Shown here in pieces: positions 11,801 to 24,046 of a DNA stretch of 33,978 nt. This stretch comes from Chiloscyllium plagiosum (taxonomy: Eukaryota): contig NC_057718.1 in assembly GCF_004010195.1 (NCBI RefSeq), forward strand, positions 25,471,510-25,505,487. The letters run 5' to 3'. Under the pieces are notes generated by a model. It made no database searches, was not told the DNA's origin, and was given only the letters and a program-made list of their open reading frames with translations. Numbering within the stretch: the stretch's first letter is position 1; the number at the start of each line of letters is the position of its first letter. The position numbers were made by a program, and so were the translations under genes.

Positions 11801-12390
11801 TTTTTTGCGTGTGTGTTTCGGTGTGAGACACAGTGAAAGACACAAGGTGTACAAATCTTTATTCAACTTCCACCAGCAGGAAGAAAGGAAACACCCAAGT
11901 GGCCAGTGATAAGCAATGCCCTTCTCATCAAAGAGCAATGCTGTGTGATCAAACAGTGAAGGGGAGGGCAGGGATCAAATCAAAATAGAGTTAGAGGAGG
12001 AAATAATGCACTCCACTCCCTGCGGTGCCCACCTCTCCCTGAACAGCTCAAGAGTGTTGGTGGACACCATATGCTCCTTCTCCAAGACACCTGGGCCCTA
12101 ACGTAACTGCGGAAGAGGGGCAGGCAGTCGGCCCTAACGACCCCCTCCACAGCCCGCTGCCTGGACCTGTTTATGGCCAGTTTGGCCAGGCCCAGGAGTA
12201 GACCCACAAGGAGGTCCTCAGACCTGCCCTCCCCCCTCCTACTGGGTGCCCGAAGATCAGGAGCGTGGGACTGAAGTGCAACCAAAAACAGAGAAGGAGG
12301 TTTTTGAGGAAGTCAAAAAGGGAGTGCAAGCGCCCACACCCAATGTATGTGTGGTCCACGGACTCCACAGCACCACAGAACAAGCAGTTG
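11801..12390 (-). mobile_element. Second Tx1-clade copy, 3' ~590 bp only
   Basis: Homologous to 8585-9090 (CLFCGAVESVDHTYIGC, LAKLAINRSRQ, same 3' UTR); AATAAA 11858-11863 on minus, short A-tail 11801-11806. Confidence 0.92.
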
Positions 12391-13427
12391 ATGCCCATCC
12401 TCGATAGTGATGGCAGCCAATTAATGAGGTTGATTAGTTAGTTAATTAGTCTGGCACAGGGAAGGTGGGGGGAAGGGCAGAACCCCTGAAATCAATAATT
12501 TTCACTATGAATTGCAGCTTGACACTGTAGCTCCTAGATGAGCCATGAACAGTCCCCTCAGAGCTCTGCAACCAATAATATCATAAAATAATCCAAAACA
12601 TGGATAGATAAATCATGCTGTGTTTTCCAATCGATATGATAAATGGAAAAAAAAGATAGAAGTCCAGATCCATATGAAGTTAAAAAGAAACAAGGCATTC
12701 CATTTGTTTTTTAATCCACCAAACACCCATCTCCTTTCATGCCATATCCAAGTATAAAAAGCATGAATGAAATCTTTAAAGTTTGATGATGCTCATTAAA
12801 ATGGAAATTAATTGAAAATGACTATCATTCTGTGTGAAGCAATTTTAAAAATTGATCCAAAGTTTTTAATCAAATATTCCTTAAGAGCCTTTGAAGTGTT
12901 CTAGTTTTGGATCCGGAAAACAAGTTACATCACGAATGTCTTCTAACACTTTGACAGCAAGGTTTGCTGTACTACATGCCCAATTTTACCCTTCCAATTA
13001 TTATTGTGCAGTTAGCAATTTAAAAGGAAATTTCCCATCCATTTTTAAGCTTGTAACCCATTCCTTTCTAGGCCACACTGATTCCCTGGTTAAGAGAGAG
13101 CTGTAAGCAGCCTGCTCCCAGGTGGGTTGTTGTACCAGAAAACTCCTGATTTTCTCTTCGACTCATAGAGTCATAAATGTTGTGACATTTTAACTGCTCC
13201 TCCATGTACTTTTAAAGGCTGTGAGGTTCTCTGCCTCAAATACCACCCTCTGGGTGTAACAAATGTTCCCTCAAATACCTTCTAAACCATTTGCCTTTTG
13301 TGTCAAAATTATGGCCCCTTGTTATTGACTCTTCAAATAAGGATCAATCAACCGTTTACTATCCCATGTCCATGCACCTAATAATCTTGTGCACCTCAGC
13401 TCTCTCTGCTCTAAAGAAAACAACCCA

Positions 13428-13511
13428 CTGGAGAAACTCAGCAGGTCTGGTAGTATCTGTGGAGAGAAAGCAAATTTAACATTCCAGGTCCAGTGACCCT
13501 TCTTCAGAATG
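13428..13511 (-). mobile_element. Penelope-like terminal fragment with degenerate hammerhead
   Basis: Minus CUGAAGA-A-GGGUC-ACUG-GACCU-GGAA-UGUU; flanked by ACCCA (13423-13427 / 13512-13516). Confidence 0.65.
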
Positions 13512-13670
13512 ACCCAGGCCTATCCAGATCTCTTTTGCAGCTAAATTGCCTCATTCAATGCATCCTCCTGGTGTGTTTCTTTTGCATCTTCTGTAGTGCA
13601 TTCACATTCTTCCAGCTGCAGCCTAAACAACATTTGTACAGCTCAAAGATAACTTCACTGTTCTTATAAT

Positions 13671-14094
13671 GGAGTTGAAAATCACACAATACCAGGTTAT
13701 AGTCCAAAAGGTTTATTTGGAAGTGCAAGATTTTGGAACATCGGTCCCTTGTCAGGAGCAAGTGGGGCAGGATCATAGGACACAGAATTTATAGTAAAAC
13801 ATCATAGTGTCATACAACTGATGGGATGTATGATACAAACAAACCCAGATTACTGTCACGTCTTTAATCATTTAGAATAGGGATGCAGCTTTTGATTAAT
13901 TCATACGTAAACTCAAGAACTTCTTTCAAGTCACAGTCCCAAGATAACTTAAGGTTTTATAAAACAAAAGGTGACATCTCAGCTCAGACAATGCATTACA
14001 GGTGTGAAGTTAGAGTCTGTCTGTATCCTAAGTTTGAGTCAAACTGGTTCTATTTCCAAAGTAGAAATTTGTAAATGTCATATGGACTGACTGC
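13671..14094 (-). mobile_element. Penelope-like terminal element (second family) with 8-bp TSD
   Basis: 'aaaatcacacaataccaggttatagtcc..ggtttatttggaag' terminus shared with 24840 and 28085-28135; TSD CTTATAAT at 13663-13670 and 14095-14102; decayed hammerhead at 13727-13755. Confidence 0.7.
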
Positions 14095-15164
14095 CTTATA
14101 ATCTATGCACTGGCATAAAGACAAGCCTCCTTAACCACCTTTTTAACCTGTCCTGCCATTCATTGAGTACTTCCTTGTCTTATTCCATCTTCCAGAGGAC
14201 ACCACCTCACACTTTTCAGGGTTAAATCTAGCCATCTGACCAACCAATCTGTACCTTCCCGCAATCTCAGACTTTCTTCCTCACTGATAACCACCTAGCT
14301 GATCTTTATGTCATCTGCAAACCTACTTATCATCCCTCACACATTTTCATCTGGTTAAATTATTTTAATCACAAACAATAAGGGACCCAACACTGATCCT
14401 TGTGGCAGGTCTTTGGATACTGGCCTCCAGTCACACATGCAGCCTTCTACCACTGCCCTCTGTCTCTGCTCTGAAACCAATTTTGAATCAGTCTTGCCAA
14501 GTTGCCTTGCAACCCATGTGCTTTTCCCTTCTTTATCATTGTTCCATGTGGGACATTGTCAATTACCTTGTTGAAATGCATATGAACTATATCAACTGCA
14601 TTACCCTTACCAGCACACCTGATCAACTCCATGAAAAATTCAATCAAATTTGCTAGCCATGACCTTTCTTTGACATAGCCGTTCTGAGTATCCTTGATCA
14701 AACCTTGCCTCTCCAAGTGGAGATTAACTCTCTCCTTCAGAATTCTCCTTAGTTTCCCTCCCATTGATGTAATCTCACTAGTCTGTTATTTCCTGGTTCA
14801 TCTCTACCACCCTTCTTGAAATGTCAAACCATATTAGCTGTCCTCCAGTCGTCTGGCACCTCCCCTGTGGCCAGAGAGGAATTAAAATTCTGGATAAGAG
14901 CTGCTGTAGCTTTCTCCCTTGTCTCCCTCAACAGCCTAGGATGGAGCTCATCTCGACCTGAGACTTATCTACTTTTAAGTACCAAAACCTCTGATATCTC
15001 TTCAACTCCCTATTATCAATCTGCTTAAGAACTTCACAGTCCATCTCGCCAAATTCTATACCTGCTCCCAAGTGAAGACAGATGTGAAGTATTCACTAAA
15101 CACCCTCTCAATGTCTTCTGGCTCCATGCTCAGATTGCCCCCTGTATGAACCCTGACGAGCTCG

Positions 15165-15296
15165 GTTCTACTGAAGAGTCACTGGATTCAAAATGGCAGC
15201 TCTGTTTTCTCTCCACAGATACTGTCAGGCATTCTGAGTTTCAACTGCAATTTCTGTTTAGTTTCAGTACTCCAACATCTGCAGTCCTGTGTTTTG
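15165..15296 (+). mobile_element. Old Penelope-like terminal fragment
   Basis: 'gaagagtcactggattcaaaa...ttttctctccacagatactgtcag...tccaacatctgcagt' is the + strand equivalent of the 13428 and 4900 termini; core decayed. Confidence 0.55.
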
Positions 15297-15395
15297 GAGT
15301 CTAAGTCAAAAATGCAATCCCTGGAAGTGTGGTGGTGGCAGTTTCAACTGAATTATTTGAGAAGGTATTGGATGATTATTTAAGAAAAACAATTT

Positions 15396-15578
15396 GGGGC
15401 AGCTTGGTTGCTCAGTGATTAGCACTGCTGCCTCACAGTGTTAGGGACCTGGGTTCGATTCCAGCCTCGGGCGGAGTCTATGCGGAGTTTGCAGATTCTC
15501 CATGTCTGTTTGGGTTTCCTCCCACAATCTAAAAGTGTGCAGGTTGCTCTTTGGAGAGTTGGTGTGGACTTGTTGGGC
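15396..15578 (+). mobile_element. HE1-type tRNA-derived V-SINE, internally deleted
   Basis: A/B-box head (gctcagtgattagcac...gggttcgattcc) and V-domain-like 'gagtttgcagattctc..gggtttcctcccaca'. Confidence 0.8.
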
Positions 15579-15797
15579 ATGTGCGGAATGAGCTGCCAGA
15601 GGAAGTGGTGGAGGTTGGTGCAATTGCAACATTTAAAAGGCATCTGGATGGGTATATGAATAGGAAGGGTTTGGAGGGATACGGCTGGGTGCTGGCAGGT
15701 GGGACTAGATTGGGTTGGGGTATTTGGTTGACATATTCGAATTGGACCAAAGGGTCTGTTTCCATGCTGTGCATCTCTATGACTCTATGACTCTGTG
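15579..15797 (+). mobile_element. CR1 3' end
   Basis: RNELPEEVVEVGAIATFKRHLDGYMN; (CTATGACT)n tail; homologous to 21820-22043. Confidence 0.85.
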
Positions 15798-15930
15798 ACC
15801 TACTCCTGTTCTTATTTCTTATGTTCTAATGATGCAATGAAATAAAGTTTTAAGTATCTCATTAACTTCACAATATAAAAAAGGTCCCATTCATGAAAGC
15901 CTTCAAACCATTTAAGTTTCTCCAACTAAT

Positions 15931-16250
15931 TAGAATCATAGAATCCCGACAGTGTGGAGGCAGGCCATTCGACCCTTCGAAGAGCATTCCACCCAGACCC
16001 ACTGCCCTACTCTATCGCTGTAACCCTGCATTTGTCATGGCTACTCCACCTAGCCTGCACATCCCTGGTCACTGTGGGCACCACAGCCAATTCACCTGAC
16101 CTGCACGTCTTTGGACTGTGGGAGGAAACCGGAGCAGCCAGGGGAAACCCATGTAGACATGGGGAGAATGTGCAAACTTCACACAGATGGTTGCCCAAGG
16201 CTGGAATTGAATCTGTGCCCCTGGCACTATGAGGCAACAGTGTTAACCAG
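15931..16250 (-). mobile_element. HE1-type V-SINE
   Basis: Reverse-complement match to 26756-27069; tail 'agaatcatagaatc'. Confidence 0.85.
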
Positions 16251-16899
16251 TATTTAATCATATATCAAAATAAACAGACTTATATTCATAACTGACATAA
16301 AAGAACAAATCTTTGACAAGCTGTTTGAGCTGACAATGAAACTGTGAACTTAGAACATGCACCCCATCTCCCACCCTGATCCCCCACAATGAGATAATGA
16401 TTGGTTGTGGATCACAATGAAACATAATGTTAGCATGGTATGATGCTAACATTTAGGATTATTTTGACAAACAGCCATTGAAATGCATAAGACAGTTCTT
16501 TCTACACTCTGGCAGCCATCATTTTGGTTTTTAAAAGTTTAACAATTTAAAAATTTGACCACTTGGCCTCCTATCCTCCAAGAGCCTCTCTGTGGATGCC
16601 TTCACTCTAGAAAAAAGGTGCTTGTTTGAAATCAGCACTTGAGTTCAAATGGTTTGGGATTCTCACAAGTGAGAATTATAGGCTGGTCCCTCATTCTAAC
16701 AGGTTCCTCCAGATCTGGAACGATTCATTGCTTTGGAAGGTCCCCAGAAGCTCCACAACTCCACAAAAATCCAGGCTATTGATTAACTTCTGCGGGACAT
16801 TTTAAAATTAGTGAAGAAAAAATCACTTGGACAGACAAACCTGCCTCTTTTTGACAGATTTAATCAATTTTTCAGCTGGCGAAATTATTGCCTTATTTC

Positions 16900-17340
16900 A
16901 AACATCTTTCCGTTAATCTCAGTTATTTCTTTTAATACAAAGTGGAGCATTCCATTAGACATTCTGATTACTTTTTGCACTGACTCTAGGCACTTTAATG
17001 ATCGAATTCAATGAACATGGGCCTCTGGTTTATTTGGATCTATTGTTCTTTTTTTTTATATCTACAGAGTTCACTTTGTTTCAGATCTGAAGGGAAAGGT
17101 TTCACATTCACCAAGTTTGAAATCATTTGCCAAAGCTTTATCCATCCTTTTAATCTATTAATATCCTGTGGTAATATTAAGCTTCTGTCTATAATGTTTA
17201 CAATCCAATCTATCTTTGCATTGTCAGCAATATTGAATATGTGGCTTTCAATCCTATCAGCTAAGTAATTAATGAACGTAGTGAGTAGTTGAGACCCCTA
17301 ACACAAATGCTTGTTCAACACCACCAGTTACTTCCTCTTC
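16900..17340 (-). mobile_element. Old CR1 RT fragment
   Basis: Minus-strand ADNAKI..IV (decayed FADDTK) near 17200-17230 and a remnant of the QGSVLGP region near 17290-17325. Confidence 0.55.
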
Positions 17341-17392
17341 ATTAAAGTGACATGCCTATTATCCCCACTCTCTTGGCATAATTTTCAGGTAG

Positions 17393-17748
17393 AAAGTGAG
17401 GGCTGCAGATGCTGGAGATCAGAGCTGAAAATGTGTTGCTGGAAAAGCGCAGCAGGTCAGGCAGCATCCAAGGAGCAGGAGAATCGACGTTACGGGCATA
17501 AGCCCTTCTTCAGGAATGAGGAAAGTGTGTCCAGCAAGCTAAGATAAAAGTTGGGGAGGAGGGACTTGGGGGAGGGATGTCGGAAATGCGATAGGTGGAG
17601 GGAGGTTAAGGTGAGGGTGATAGGCCGGAGTGGGGTGGGGGCGGAGAGGTCAGGAAGAAGATTGCAGGTTAGGAAGGTGGTGCTGAGTTCGAGGGATTTG
17701 ACTGAGACAAGGTGGGGGGAGGGGAAATGAGGAAACTGGAGAAATCTG
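17393..17748 (-). mobile_element. Young Penelope-like 3'/terminal fragment with 13-bp TSD and hammerhead motif
   Basis: Perfect TSD AATTTTCAGGTAG at 17380-17392 and 17749-17761; minus CUGAAGA-A-GGGC-UUAU-GCCC-GUAA-C-GUC at 17486-17513. Confidence 0.85.
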
Positions 17749-17861
17749 AATTTTCAGGTAGTCAGATTCCATAGGCATTTCACAATGATGGGTGGTCCTT
17801 ATTCCAGAATTCCTAACCCCTTTGACAGCACTGGCATTTTTTGCTGGATTGGAGTAAGGAT

Positions 17862-18208
17862 GATAGGATCACTACAGTGTGGAAGCAGGCTATTCGGCCC
17901 ATCAAATCCACACTGACCCTCTGAAGAACATCCCACTCAGACACACCCCTCCCAACCTATCTGTGTAACCCTGCATTTCCAATGACTATCCCACCTAGCT
18001 TGCACAACCTTGGAAACTACAGGACAATTTAACGTGGTCAATCCAGCTAACCTGCACATCTTTGAGCTGTGGGAAGAAACCAGAGCACCTGAAGGAAACT
18101 GAAGGAAGTCATGGGGAAAATGTGCAAACTCCACACAGACAGTCACCCAAGGGTGGAATTGAACCCGCTGTGAGGCAGCAGTGCTCACCACTGAGTCACC
18201 ATGCCACC
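17862..18208 (-). mobile_element. HE1-type V-SINE
   Basis: Near full-length reverse-complement homology to 26756-27069 and direct homology to 27681-28041. Confidence 0.88.
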
Positions 18209-18705
18209 TCTTGTGAGTATGTGAGTAGTGAGCTCCTACCTTGTTCTCCCAGCTCCATACACATCTTCTAGCCTCAGCAATTTTTATGGAATTAGACTAG
18301 CTTTTCTGTGTCTCACAGTTCACTGCCCCACAGAGAAGACCTGATGCACGGTTTGTATTTGAACACTTTGTAAAACATATAGTGAAAATGGCTCATTCAT
18401 GACCCCAACTCATCCCATGGCTCTTCATAACTTCAATGCAATCTAATGGCAATTCATTCCCTTCCCACACCCATCCACATAGTATCTACATTGCACATAA
18501 TCAATTAACCATATAATAATGGCAGGTATGGAATTGCTGAGAAAAGCACCCATTCAGAAATATTCTTTGACATCAAAACTATTATTGCTACTATCCTATG
18601 CAAGCATCGAACACACTGAACATTCAAGTATCGATCGTGTAGACTTCAAATACTTTGCAGCTTATCTTATCCAAATAAACATTAAGACATTGATCAAGGA
18701 AGTGT

Positions 18706-18812
18706 TCTTGTGGTGCAGTGGTAGTATCCCTACTTCTGAGCCAGGGGACTAATGTTTAAGTCATATCCTACCCCAGAGGTGTTTCATAACACCCCTAAAC
18801 AGGTGGATTAGA
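18706..18812 (+). mobile_element. Short tRNA-derived SINE
   Basis: A-box-like TGGTGCAGTGGTAG and decayed B-box (GTTTAAGTC); no complete cloverleaf. Confidence 0.55.
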
Positions 18813-20166
18813 ACTACCTAACTACATTGACCAACATTATCACAGAAAGAATTATTATAACCCTCTTAAAGATGTCAATGGAACACATTCAACAATTCAT
18901 TTCACTAAACAAATTGGAACTTTTGCTGAACTAATACTTTCATTGGTCTGGGCTCCCAGTCATGCGTGTGAAATGAGAAAAGTGAAAACACCCAGGCCTA
19001 TTTTCCAATCTTTCAACCATTTCCATTTTTTAACTTGGAAGGTTTCATTTCACTCTTTCTTCCCATGATTTCATCTCTTATGACCTTTCATCCTTAATTA
19101 CTGACCAATTCTCTCCCACTCCCATAGTTCTGGTGTTTTCCGGAGAGTTATCTCCTTTAGCTCCTAATCCTAATCGTCTTTTTTTTGCAGCAATGGTTCT
19201 AAATTGAATTTGTGTCTGAATTCATTTGATTTATTCAAATAAACAATGTTTTTGGGGCACATGCTCTGACTTATTTGGAAATCCTTATTCTTTACCTCAC
19301 CTGAGTTCCTCTGTTCATTAATTGTCATACCAAACCCCACCTCATCTTGCACTTCTCTGCTGATGTCTGAAGACAGTTGACCATATGTTTCTCCTTTACA
19401 AGTTCAAGAGTCTCCAACTTCCACTCAAGATAAATGACTGTGATCTGGAAGGATTCAAGATGGAGACATCATCAGAGTTTTGCCATCCACAAACCTCCAT
19501 GGACTATAATCCAGGGACACAACTTGTTTTGTCTCATAGGACATATCAAACCACCAACTATAAAATATTTCCTTTATAACAATATTTCATATCTGAGAAA
19601 GATTAAATATGCTGTTGGAATATGGCACCAAAAATACTTGTGCTCTCAAATGATCAACGTTGCACCCTTCATGCAGTGATGACAGACTGAATAAAATGTG
19701 ATAATGTAACACATTAAGCAGATATTCAGCATTCAAATTATTTTTTACATGCATGGTTTTTTTTGAATTGTAAGTTTAATGAAATAGGAAATGGGATAAA
19801 AATGGACTGTGCAAATTCAATCAAATATGTTAACGATGTTTTTGTGTGCATGTGCACAAGGTCAGTGGAAGAAAGGGCAAGGTCAGCAACATTTCAGGTG
19901 ACTTGACATACATTAATGAATAACCTGCAAAGTTCAGAAGCACTGGAATGTGGACAACCACCTCATTAATTCATAAGGTTTTGTGCGAATATAAGGATAT
20001 CATGTACATACTTGTGCTGTCACTGCATATCTGTGGTTGACTACGGTAATGGCAGATGGTTGAGTTATTTCCCATGAGGCGTGATGCTTCTAACAGTCTG
20101 GCAGGTTGGCTTACTGCGATCTGGACTAACTCACATTCTTCACTGATTATACCTGTTGCTTTTTAG

Positions 20167-20202
20167 AAATCAATGAAAGTGGCTACCGCGGCGACAGCAA
20201 CA
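20167..20202 (+). CDS. Candidate 36-nt internal coding exon of an unidentified host gene
   Basis: Branch point ACTAAC (20125-20130), acceptor ttgctttttag, donor CA|GTAAGT, length 3n, three CpGs in an otherwise CpG-poor region; phase 1 reads (x)INESGYRGDSN, phase 0 reads KSMKVATAATAT. Confidence 0.5.
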
Positions 20203-21277
20203 GTAAGTATAAAAACCTGTTGTACAAGTTCAGATCATACTTTCAATATACGAAGCATAATGCCTAATTTAGACAGCGATACACAGCAGAAAGATACCAA
20301 GGAATCAGATCACTCTGGGAGCCAAAAGTTAACCTACTTTGTAGTTATCATCTTAATCAAAGCATGTATCACATTCCGAAAGCATGGTCCAAGATATGAT
20401 ATTCCAAGGAAGGTGGAGGTCATTCAGCAGGTTCAAGATCTTTTGTGAAAGTTCAACTTGACTACGTTCTGTCTTAAAAATGCATGATGGTCAACATTAA
20501 GTCACATGCTTATTAGAGCAAATCAAGTACTTGTCAGTGAATTTTATTGAAGTGATTAAGTAAGGCAAGAGAGGGTGTTTAGGATAATGTATCATTATAT
20601 ATTGTACACCTAAATTCATAAAACTACATGATGTTCAGAATTAATTGGTATTTCTAAGACTACAAAATATCGTCTGGCAAGGTCCCAACAGCAGACTTAC
20701 TTATATTTGAAAATATTAAATCAGCCGATTACATAAAACATAAATTGGCATTTAAACACAGGTGGATGTGTAAAGCCCTACCTTGCTCCCTTTCTACTGC
20801 TTTAATGCTGGGGCCAGAACCACAACAACAAACACCAATGAAGGAGAAAAAGTGAATGATAAAAAAAATTATGATGGGGAAAGAGAAAGACTAATTCAAA
20901 ACTTCTAGCAATATATATGGGTGGAGAAGGGGCATAGAAACAGAAATCCAAATTGGGCCAACATCTTCAGAAACTACTTTTGCCATGAGGTGTAGTAAGA
21001 TCTCTCACTATATCCAAACAAGCTTAACTTCTTAAATCCCTGTCGTGTCCCTTTGGTACCTCTTACATCTGAGTTCTGCCCCATTCTGACACTGTGCCAT
21101 TCCTGGAACAACTCTCTACTTGGTGGATATCCCAGAATTCACCTTGCACATGCACCATTTTTAAAAGCTCATTGTGCTCCCAGACAAGCACTGCCAGTCC
21201 AAAGTTGCCCTGTGCAGTTACTCTATGTGACAGACAGATGGCATTTGGCTCCTCACTCTGCAGAAGATGGTACAGAA

Positions 21278-22043
21278 GCTATACAATTAACGGTAAGGTC
21301 CTAGGGAGGGCTGCTGAACAAAGAAACCTTGGAGTGCAGGTGCATAGCTCCTTGAAAGTAGACTCACAGGTAGATAGGATAGAGAAGATGACCTTTGGTC
21401 TGTTTTCCTTTATTGGTCAGAGTATTGAGTATAGGAGTTGGGAAGTCGTGTTGTGGCCATGCAGGACATTAGTTAGGCCACTTTCAGAATATTGCATGCA
21501 GTTCTGGTCTTCTTCCTGTTAGAAGGATATTGTGAAACTTTAAAGGGTTCAGAAAAGATTTCCAAGGATGTTGCCAGCATTGGAGGATTTCAGCTATAGG
21601 GAGAGGCTGGATATGCTGTGGCTGTTTTCCCTGGAGTGTTGAAGGCTGAGGGGTGACCTTATAGAGGTTTATAAAATCATGAGGAGTATGGATTGGATAA
21701 ATAGACAAAGTCTTTTTCCTGGGGTGGGGGAGTCCAGAACTAGAGGGCATGGATTTAGGGTGTGACGGGAAAGAAATAAAAGAGACCTAAGCGGCAACTT
21801 ATTCACACAGAAGGTGGTGCATGTATGGAATGAGCTGCCAGAGGAAATGGTGGAGGTTGGTATAATTAAAGCATTTAAAAGGCATCTGGATGAGTATGTG
21901 AATAAGAAGGGTTGAGAAGGATATGGGCTAAGTGCTAGCAAGTGGGACCATATTAGGTTGGGATATCTGGTCGGTGTGGACTAGTTGGACTGAAGGGCCT
22001 GTTTCCATGCTCTACATCTCTATGATTCGATGACTCAATGACT
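21278..22043 (+). mobile_element. CR1 LINE 3' ~770 bp
   Basis: YTINGKVLG..EQRNLGVQVHSSLKV..LVRPLSEYCMQFWS; tail ctatgattcgatgactcaatgact. Confidence 0.9.
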
Positions 22044-22070
22044 TTCTCTTCCCCCAGGACCAGCAGTGGA

Positions 22071-22117
22071 AGCCACAACACAAGACCATTGCAGCCACAA
22101 CACAAGACCATTGCAGC
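22071..22117. repeat. Perfect 22-bp tandem duplication
   Basis: AGCCACAACACAAGACCATTGC x2 plus AGC. Confidence 0.95.
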
Positions 22118-23039
22118 GATTACTTTTGGGGGTTAGTGTAGTCTCAGTTTCTGGAAGAATGAAAGGTCAATATACTCCTCCACACTACCATCATATGTTC
22201 TACCATCTTCTCTCCAATACCTCACATTCATCTATCCCTGGTACTGTACACACCTCCTCTCAAGGTTCATGCTCCACCTCTTCTCTCTAAAACATGCAAC
22301 ATTTTCCCACTCACCATCACCTACCATAAACTGACAACACTAACTCACTCACTCAGGAAAAGGTCTCCATCTGCACCAACGATAATAGCCATACGACCCA
22401 CTTTAATCTTTTGAAATATCTGTCTCTTTTTCTCTTTTAATTTAGTGCTTGTGGGATTGTTGTTATTCCAAAAACGTCCTGTAGGGTGAACCGGTGACTT
22501 GACCATAACACCTGGCCATGTTGCATCTACTACAATGACATCTGCGAATTACATTTGAAGATGGTGGACATTGACGGCTAAGAATCAGTCACTGACAGTG
22601 GAAACTTCTGGAAATTGACTGTTTGTAAGGGTATTGGAAGGAACAATAGAAGGGAAAAGCTTTGCTAACTAAGAAGAGGGACCAAAAAAAAAATGAAAGC
22701 CAAAGAATTATACACCATCTCAATCCACTATTGTTCCTTGCTCTACCAGAGTGGGTTCCTGACCCATGAAAGGCAATACTTAATGCAGATATGGCCACAA
22801 TAGTGCAAGTAATTATTTATCCATAAACTGTGAAAATCAAATGATCATGTTTGTCTTTTCATTCTCCTTCTGAACAGAGTCCTGATGAACCTGTATGTAC
22901 CTTCTCTAAAGCTTCTCTCTCTCTTTCTCTGCTATTTTATGGATCTCCACGGTACATATCATGCTCTGAATTTATATCTAGCATTTAGATAAGTTCATCA
23001 TTGTGTACGGATGTGGGCATCACATTACTGGAAAATTAT

Positions 23040-23545
23040 TTACTGTTATGTGAAAGATTAGAATGCACTGGAGAGGGTGTAGAGGTGATTTATGTTAATG
23101 GTTCCATGAATGAGAAACTTCAGTTATGAGAATAGATTGAAGAAACTGGGGCTGTTTTGCTTGGAGAGAAGAAGGCTGAGAGGGATCTGATACGGGTTTT
23201 CAAAATCATGAGCAGGCTGGGTAGAATAGACAGAGAAAAGCTGTTCAAGTTTGTAAAAGAATAAAGAATGAGAGATCACAGATTGAAAGTGAATGGCAAA
23301 TGAAGCAAGAGGAGGAAAATCATTTTTTACAGTGAGTAGTTGGGGTATGGCATACACTGCCTGGAAGTGTGGTGAATACAGGCACAATTGAGGCACCCAA
23401 GAAGGCATTGCATGGCTTTTTTTGGATATAAACGGTGTGTGGGGCTATATGGACAAGAAAGGAGATTGACTCCAGGCAATAGAACCAATGAGGGTACGAT
23501 GGACTGAATAGTCTCCTTTTGTGCTGTCACAATTCTGTGATTCTG
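23040..23545 (+). mobile_element. Older CR1 3' fragment
   Basis: SYENRLKKLGLFCLERRRLRGDLIRVFKIM at ~23120-23210; tail 'attctgtgattctg'. Confidence 0.82.
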
Positions 23546-24046
23546 GGACCTCTTGGCATATATATATCTTTGGTGTCCTACCAAGATTATTGGCACTATC
23601 TATGTTGCTGTAATCTGTAATTTTTGGCACCAGTCTGACTAGCTTCATTCCAAGCTTTGTAGCTTTAAATGTGCTGAATCAACAGAGTTGTCACTAAATG
23701 GAAACCTCTGGGGGTTTCATTCTTAACTCCCTCGATTAAACTGTCTTGAAAACACACTCACTGTAGGTTTCTTCATTCTAACAATATGTGTGCCGGTTTC
23801 CTGCTCTCCGCAGTTTTATATGTTTTATGTTCACTAGTAATTGTCCATGTGGAACTGTCAAATGAGCAGCAAAATCCAACATCATTCAACCACTCAGTTG
23901 AAACACATCTCGATGTTCTTCTCAAAAATGCTTTTTTAAAGTTCACCCTGGTGATTGATGGTAGCATTAAGATAATATGTTTCTTTTTTGCGGATCACAA
24001 CAAGCAGGGGTTGTAAATAATGTCTCCAGATGCTGTTATTCTACAG

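Larger units (their letters stand above)
13162..15140 (-). mobile_element. Degraded CR1 LINE interrupted by two Penelope-like inserts
   Basis: ORF 14447..14764 (HLERQGLIKDTQNGYVKERSWLANLIEFF..AVDIVHMHFNK..VPHG) is CR1 RT-like; 'tatgactctatgag' tail on minus at ~13162-13175. Confidence 0.8.

Noticed and set aside
15148..15190. CTGACGAG motif as a separate hammerhead
   Set aside because: No GAAA core follows a closed helix II.
19170..19560. Minus-strand exon ending at CAG|GTGAG (19301)
   Set aside because: Stop codons in all frames before the nearest good acceptor.
22865..22990. CTGATGA near a CT-rich tract, possible old hammerhead-bearing terminus
   Set aside because: No helix II or GAAA; similarity too weak to call.
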